Translations under genes and position numbers: made by a program
Source: Oceanispirochaeta sp.
Lineage (GTDB): Bacteria > Spirochaetota > Spirochaetia > DSM-2461
Direction: 5' to 3'
Assembly (NCBI GenBank): GCA_963663385.2
Contig: CAXXXD010000002.1
Location: 96,001-160,000 of the forward strand
DNA: 64,000 nucleotides
The notes under the pieces: model-generated
What the model saw: only the letters and a program-made list of their open reading frames with translations
Databases searched by the model: none
Told to the model about the DNA's origin: nothing
Shown here: in pieces, positions 60,655 to 64,000 of the stretch
Numbering within the stretch: the first letter of the stretch is position 1
Layout: every line of letters starts with the position of its first letter

Positions 60655-60771
60655 AAACCCCTCTCCCGGAGGGAGCGTGTTGGTTAAAACCCTCACCCCT
60701 TAATCCCCCTGGTCGTAAACTTCGTTTACTGCTCTGGGATGCAACCGCCCTCTCCCAGAGGGAGAGGGGGC
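60655..60771. repeat. REP-like structured intergenic element
   Basis: CCCCTCTCCCGGAGGGAG ... CCCTCACCCCTTAATCCCC ... CCCTCTCCCAGAGGGAGAGGGG. Confidence 0.6.
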
Positions 60772-60795
60772 ATTATATAGAAATAAGGAGGTTCC

Positions 60796-62496
60796 ATGAC
60801 AAATACCAAAAAACTTAAATTGCAGAGTAGTTTAAAAACCCTGGCAAATCTTAAAAACGATCCCGCCCTGTTGGCGGTTATTCTTTTTACTCTGGCCCTG
60901 GTAACATTTTTTATTCTGATCCCCCTTTACAATATTCTAATAGAGAGTCTGTCTGCCGAGGGAGGCCTGACTATCCGGAATTACCTGGATGTGGTTTCCA
61001 TGCACGGGAACATGCGGATCCTCAGAAATACTCTTGTACTCGGTGTCGTAACAGCTTCAATTTCTGTCGTGGTAGGTTTTATTTTTGCCTATGTCACAAC
61101 CTATATGAAAATCCGGTTTAAAAAAATATTCGATTTTATTGCCATTCTGCCCATTATCTCACCCCCCTTTGTGGTTGCCCTGTCCGCCATACTGCTGTTC
61201 GGACGTGTCGGGCTGATAACCAGGGGGCTGCTTGGCATTAAAGATGCTGAAATCTACGGCTTTCACGGGCTGGTTCTTGTCCAGTCCCTGAGCTTTTTTC
61301 CCATAGCCTATATGATGCTGGTGGCCCTTCTGCAGCGGATTGATCCTTCTGTGGAAGAAGCTTCCCGGGATCTGGGTGCCTCCCGGTACAGAGTTTTTAC
61401 TTCTGTCACCCTGCCTCTTATGGCGCCGGGGCTGGCCAATGCCTTTCTGCTGGTGTTTATCCAGTCCATTGCCGACTTTGCCAATCCCGTTGTCATCGGG
61501 GGGAATTTTACAACTGTTGCTGTAAAGATCTATCAGGAGGGCATCGGAAACTACCAGTTCGGTACGGCTACCGCCCTGGCTATGATACTTCTGACCATTT
61601 CCATAACCATCTTTGTTCTTCAGAAGTACTATGTCAGCAAGAAATCCTACGTTACGGTAACCGGGAAGGTTTCACGGCATCGTGATCTGATAACTTCCCG
61701 TAAAATTGTGGCACCCGCAACGGGGATCCTGCTGTTTTTCACCCTCTTCGTTATTATGATGTACATACTGATCCCCATCGGATCCTTTGTAAAATTATGG
61801 GGGGTGAACTACACACCCACCCTGGAGCATTATAAATATGTTCTGAAACCGAAGCTCTTTCAGCCCGTTCTGACAACGACTTCTCTTGCTGTAATCGCCA
61901 CTCCGGTTTCAGGAATCCTGGCCATGATCATCGCTTTTCTGATTGTACGGAAAACCTTTTTCGGAAAGTCCTTTATCGAGTTCACTACCATTATGGCCCT
62001 GGCCATTCCGGGAACGATTATCGGTCTGGGTTATGTAATCAGTTACAACAAGACTTACGGCCTTTTCGGCGTTAATATTATTCCTCCCATTACAGGAACG
62101 GCTTTCATAATTATTATGGCTTTTATTATACGAAGTCTTCCCGTGGGGGTGCGGTCGGGTATTACATCCCTGCAGCAGATTGATCCCACCATTGAGGAAG
62201 CGGCCAATGTACTGGGGGCTTCCAGCCGGAAAGTATTTACCAGTGTGACCATTCCCATGATTAAAAACGCCTTTCTGAACGGTCTGATTTTTACCTTTGC
62301 AAGGAGCATGACCCTGGTAAGTACGGTAATCTTTCTGATTTCAGCCCGCTATAAGCTTCTGACAACAACCATTATGGCTCAGATTGATGTAGGGAAAATG
62401 GGGGTGGCTTCGGCCTACTGTACCATCCTGATTATCATTGTCAGCATAGCTATGCTTCTGATCAAACTGATTGTAAAAAACATCAGTACCGAATAA
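60796..62496 (+). CDS. AfuB/FbpB-type permease
   Basis: LPIISPPF...LFGRVG, DFANP, IPGTIIGLGY, two EAA loops. Confidence 0.9.
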   Translation: MTNTKKLKLQSSLKTLANLKNDPALLAVILFTLALVTFFILIPLYNILIESLSAEGGLTIRNYLDVVSMHGNMRILRNTLVLGVVTASISVVVGFIFAYVTTYMKIRFKKIFDFIAILPIISPPFVVALSAILLFGRVGLITRGLLGIKDAEIYGFHGLVLVQSLSFFPIAYMMLVALLQRIDPSVEEASRDLGASRYRVFTSVTLPLMAPGLANAFLLVFIQSIADFANPVVIGGNFTTVAVKIYQEGIGNYQFGTATALAMILLTISITIFVLQKYYVSKKSYVTVTGKVSRHRDLITSRKIVAPATGILLFFTLFVIMMYILIPIGSFVKLWGVNYTPTLEHYKYVLKPKLFQPVLTTTSLAVIATPVSGILAMIIAFLIVRKTFFGKSFIEFTTIMALAIPGTIIGLGYVISYNKTYGLFGVNIIPPITGTAFIIIMAFIIRSLPVGVRSGITSLQQIDPTIEEAANVLGASSRKVFTSVTIPMIKNAFLNGLIFTFARSMTLVSTVIFLISARYKLLTTTIMAQIDVGKMGVASAYCTILIIIVSIAMLLIKLIVKNISTE

Positions 62497-62510
62497 GGAG
62501 AAATCTTTCG

Positions 62511-63584
62511 ATGAGTAAAAAATTAAAAGTAGAACTGAGAAATCTGACAAAAACATTTGTAACCAATAAAAATGCTCAGGTAAAGGCAGTCGATAATATA
62601 GACCTGACCATCAATCCCGGAGAATTTGTCTGTCTTCTGGGACCTTCGGGGTGCGGAAAAACCACCACCCTCCGTATGCTGGCGGGATTCGAAATCCCCA
62701 CTTCCGGAGAAATCTTCATCGGGGATGAAAATGTGGCAAACCTGACCCCGGACAAGAGGGATACGGCAATGGTCTTTCAGAACTATGCCCTTTTTCCCCA
62801 TATGAATGTGTATGACAATATTTCCTATGGCCTCAGGCTGCAGAAACTGCCCAAACCGGAGATTGAAGCCCGGGTGGAAAAAATTCTCAAGCTGATGAAG
62901 ATGGAGGATTTCGCCAACCGTGTTCCTTCGGAGATGTCCGGCGGACAACAGCAGCGTGTCTCCCTGGCCAGGGCCCTGATTATGGAATCGGGAGTCCTTC
63001 TGTTCGACGAACCCCTTTCCAACCTGGATGCCAAGCTGCGTCTTCATATGAGGGACGAGATCCGGAAAATCCAGAAACAGGTGGGGATCTCATCCATCTA
63101 CGTGACCCATGATCAGGAAGAGGCTATGGGGTTGTCTGATAAAGTGGTCATCATGAAGGACGGCAGGATTCAGCAGGTAGGGTCCCCCCGGGAGATCTAT
63201 CAGAAGCCGGTTAATGAATTTGTCGCCCAGTTTATCGGACGGGCCAATATCCTTGACGGCAGGATCACGGGAGAAAAAGGGGCGAATGTTCTGCTGGATG
63301 TTCACGGTGTTACCTATGAGACGGAAAAGACAACAGGTCATGAAATCGGAGATAGTGTGAAATTCATGATTCGCCCGGAATCCTTCAAAATAGGCGGTTC
63401 CGATTTTAAAGCGCCCGTAACAAAAAGTGTTTTTATGGGGTCCCATCACGAATACGAAGTGGAGCTGTTCGGCAAGATCTTCGAAATCTCCGAAAACAAT
63501 CCCATGCGGAAAGTGACCGTGGGTGTGGGAGGAGAACTCTCCTTCTCCATGGACCCCAATTCCATCCATATCCTGGAGCAGTAA
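62511..63584 (+). CDS. ABC ATP-binding protein (AfuC-type)
   Basis: GPSGCGKT, MSGGQQQR, FDEPLSNLD. Confidence 0.92.
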   Translation: MSKKLKVELRNLTKTFVTNKNAQVKAVDNIDLTINPGEFVCLLGPSGCGKTTTLRMLAGFEIPTSGEIFIGDENVANLTPDKRDTAMVFQNYALFPHMNVYDNISYGLRLQKLPKPEIEARVEKILKLMKMEDFANRVPSEMSGGQQQRVSLARALIMESGVLLFDEPLSNLDAKLRLHMRDEIRKIQKQVGISSIYVTHDQEEAMGLSDKVVIMKDGRIQQVGSPREIYQKPVNEFVAQFIGRANILDGRITGEKGANVLLDVHGVTYETEKTTGHEIGDSVKFMIRPESFKIGGSDFKAPVTKSVFMGSHHEYEVELFGKIFEISENNPMRKVTVGVGGELSFSMDPNSIHILEQ

Positions 63585-63588
63585 GCCT

Positions 63589-63616
63589 CCCCGGCCCCGC
63601 TCGGGGGCCGGGGTTA
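63589..63616. terminator. GC-rich hairpin between convergent genes
   Basis: CCCCGGCCCC-GCTCG-GGGGCCGGGG. Confidence 0.7.
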
Positions 63617-63629
63617 ATTAGGAAATCGG

Positions 63630-64000
63630 CTAGAGACGGTCAATTATATTAATATCGTACAGCAGTTCCCGCTTCATATTTTCCCTGATATTCCGGTTTT
63701 CAATAAAAGTGATCAGATTTTCAATTGCGGCGCTTCCAATCTCTCCGGTCGGCTGTGAAATTACAGAAACCGGGATTTTTAGGTAGTCAAACCATTTATT
63801 GTCATCGTAGGTAATCAGTTTGATTCCCTTTCCAATTTTCTCAGGTAAATCATTGATTACACTTATAACTTCATAACAAATTGCAGATGTTGCGCAAATA
63901 ATGCCGTCTGTTTTTTCCTTCTCAATGAAATCTTTGATTAAAGGATAGGAATCTTCTTTGTGGTAACTGAGAGATAAGACAGCCGGATCGCAGTGATTTG
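63630..64000 (-). CDS. C-terminal part of a LacI-family regulator (truncated by the window; absent from the ORF track)
   Basis: My translation: ...TDGIICATSAIC...IKLITYDDNKWFDYLKIPVSVISQPTGEIGSAAIENL...IIDRL-stop. Confidence 0.8.
   Translation of the reverse strand, partial: NHCDPAVLSLSYHKEDSYPLIKDFIEKEKTDGIICATSAICYEVISVINDLPEKIGKGIKLITYDDNKWFDYLKIPVSVISQPTGEIGSAAIENLITFIENRNIRENMKRELLYDINIIDRL

Overview
Chromosomal window from a free-living spirochaete (the 16S carries the Spirochaetota-type GCAGCAGCTAAGAAT motif, and several binding proteins have AxGxxE-type signal peptides). In order it holds: the 3' part of an ABC exporter; a group IIC intron inserted behind a terminator; three GGDEF diguanylate cyclases spread over the window; a LacI regulator with a palindromic operator and divergent fucI; a DeoR regulator with lplA; an RsbT-like kinase with a group D-like [FeFe]-hydrogenase; a split LysO; a tRNA-less 16S-23S-5S operon; an IS66 whose tnpA is split by an IS21; a glpSTPQUV-like ABC importer with MarR; a DGC / 7TM-LuxR / barrel-transglutaminase-TPR / InlB-repeat lipoprotein cluster; an orphan methyltransferase; an unknown PHP-membrane protein pair; and three AfuABC/FbpABC-type importers with two two-component systems and a phosphohexomutase. 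The best candidates for undescribed systems are the PHP-domain plus 2-TM pair (40788-45321), the barrel-transglutaminase/lipoprotein surface module (33088-39865), and the sensor-operon/uptake-operon sugar-phosphate circuit with a 4x11-bp repeat and a CTG-initiated regulator (53693-63584). All family assignments come from recognising motifs by eye; no database search was run.
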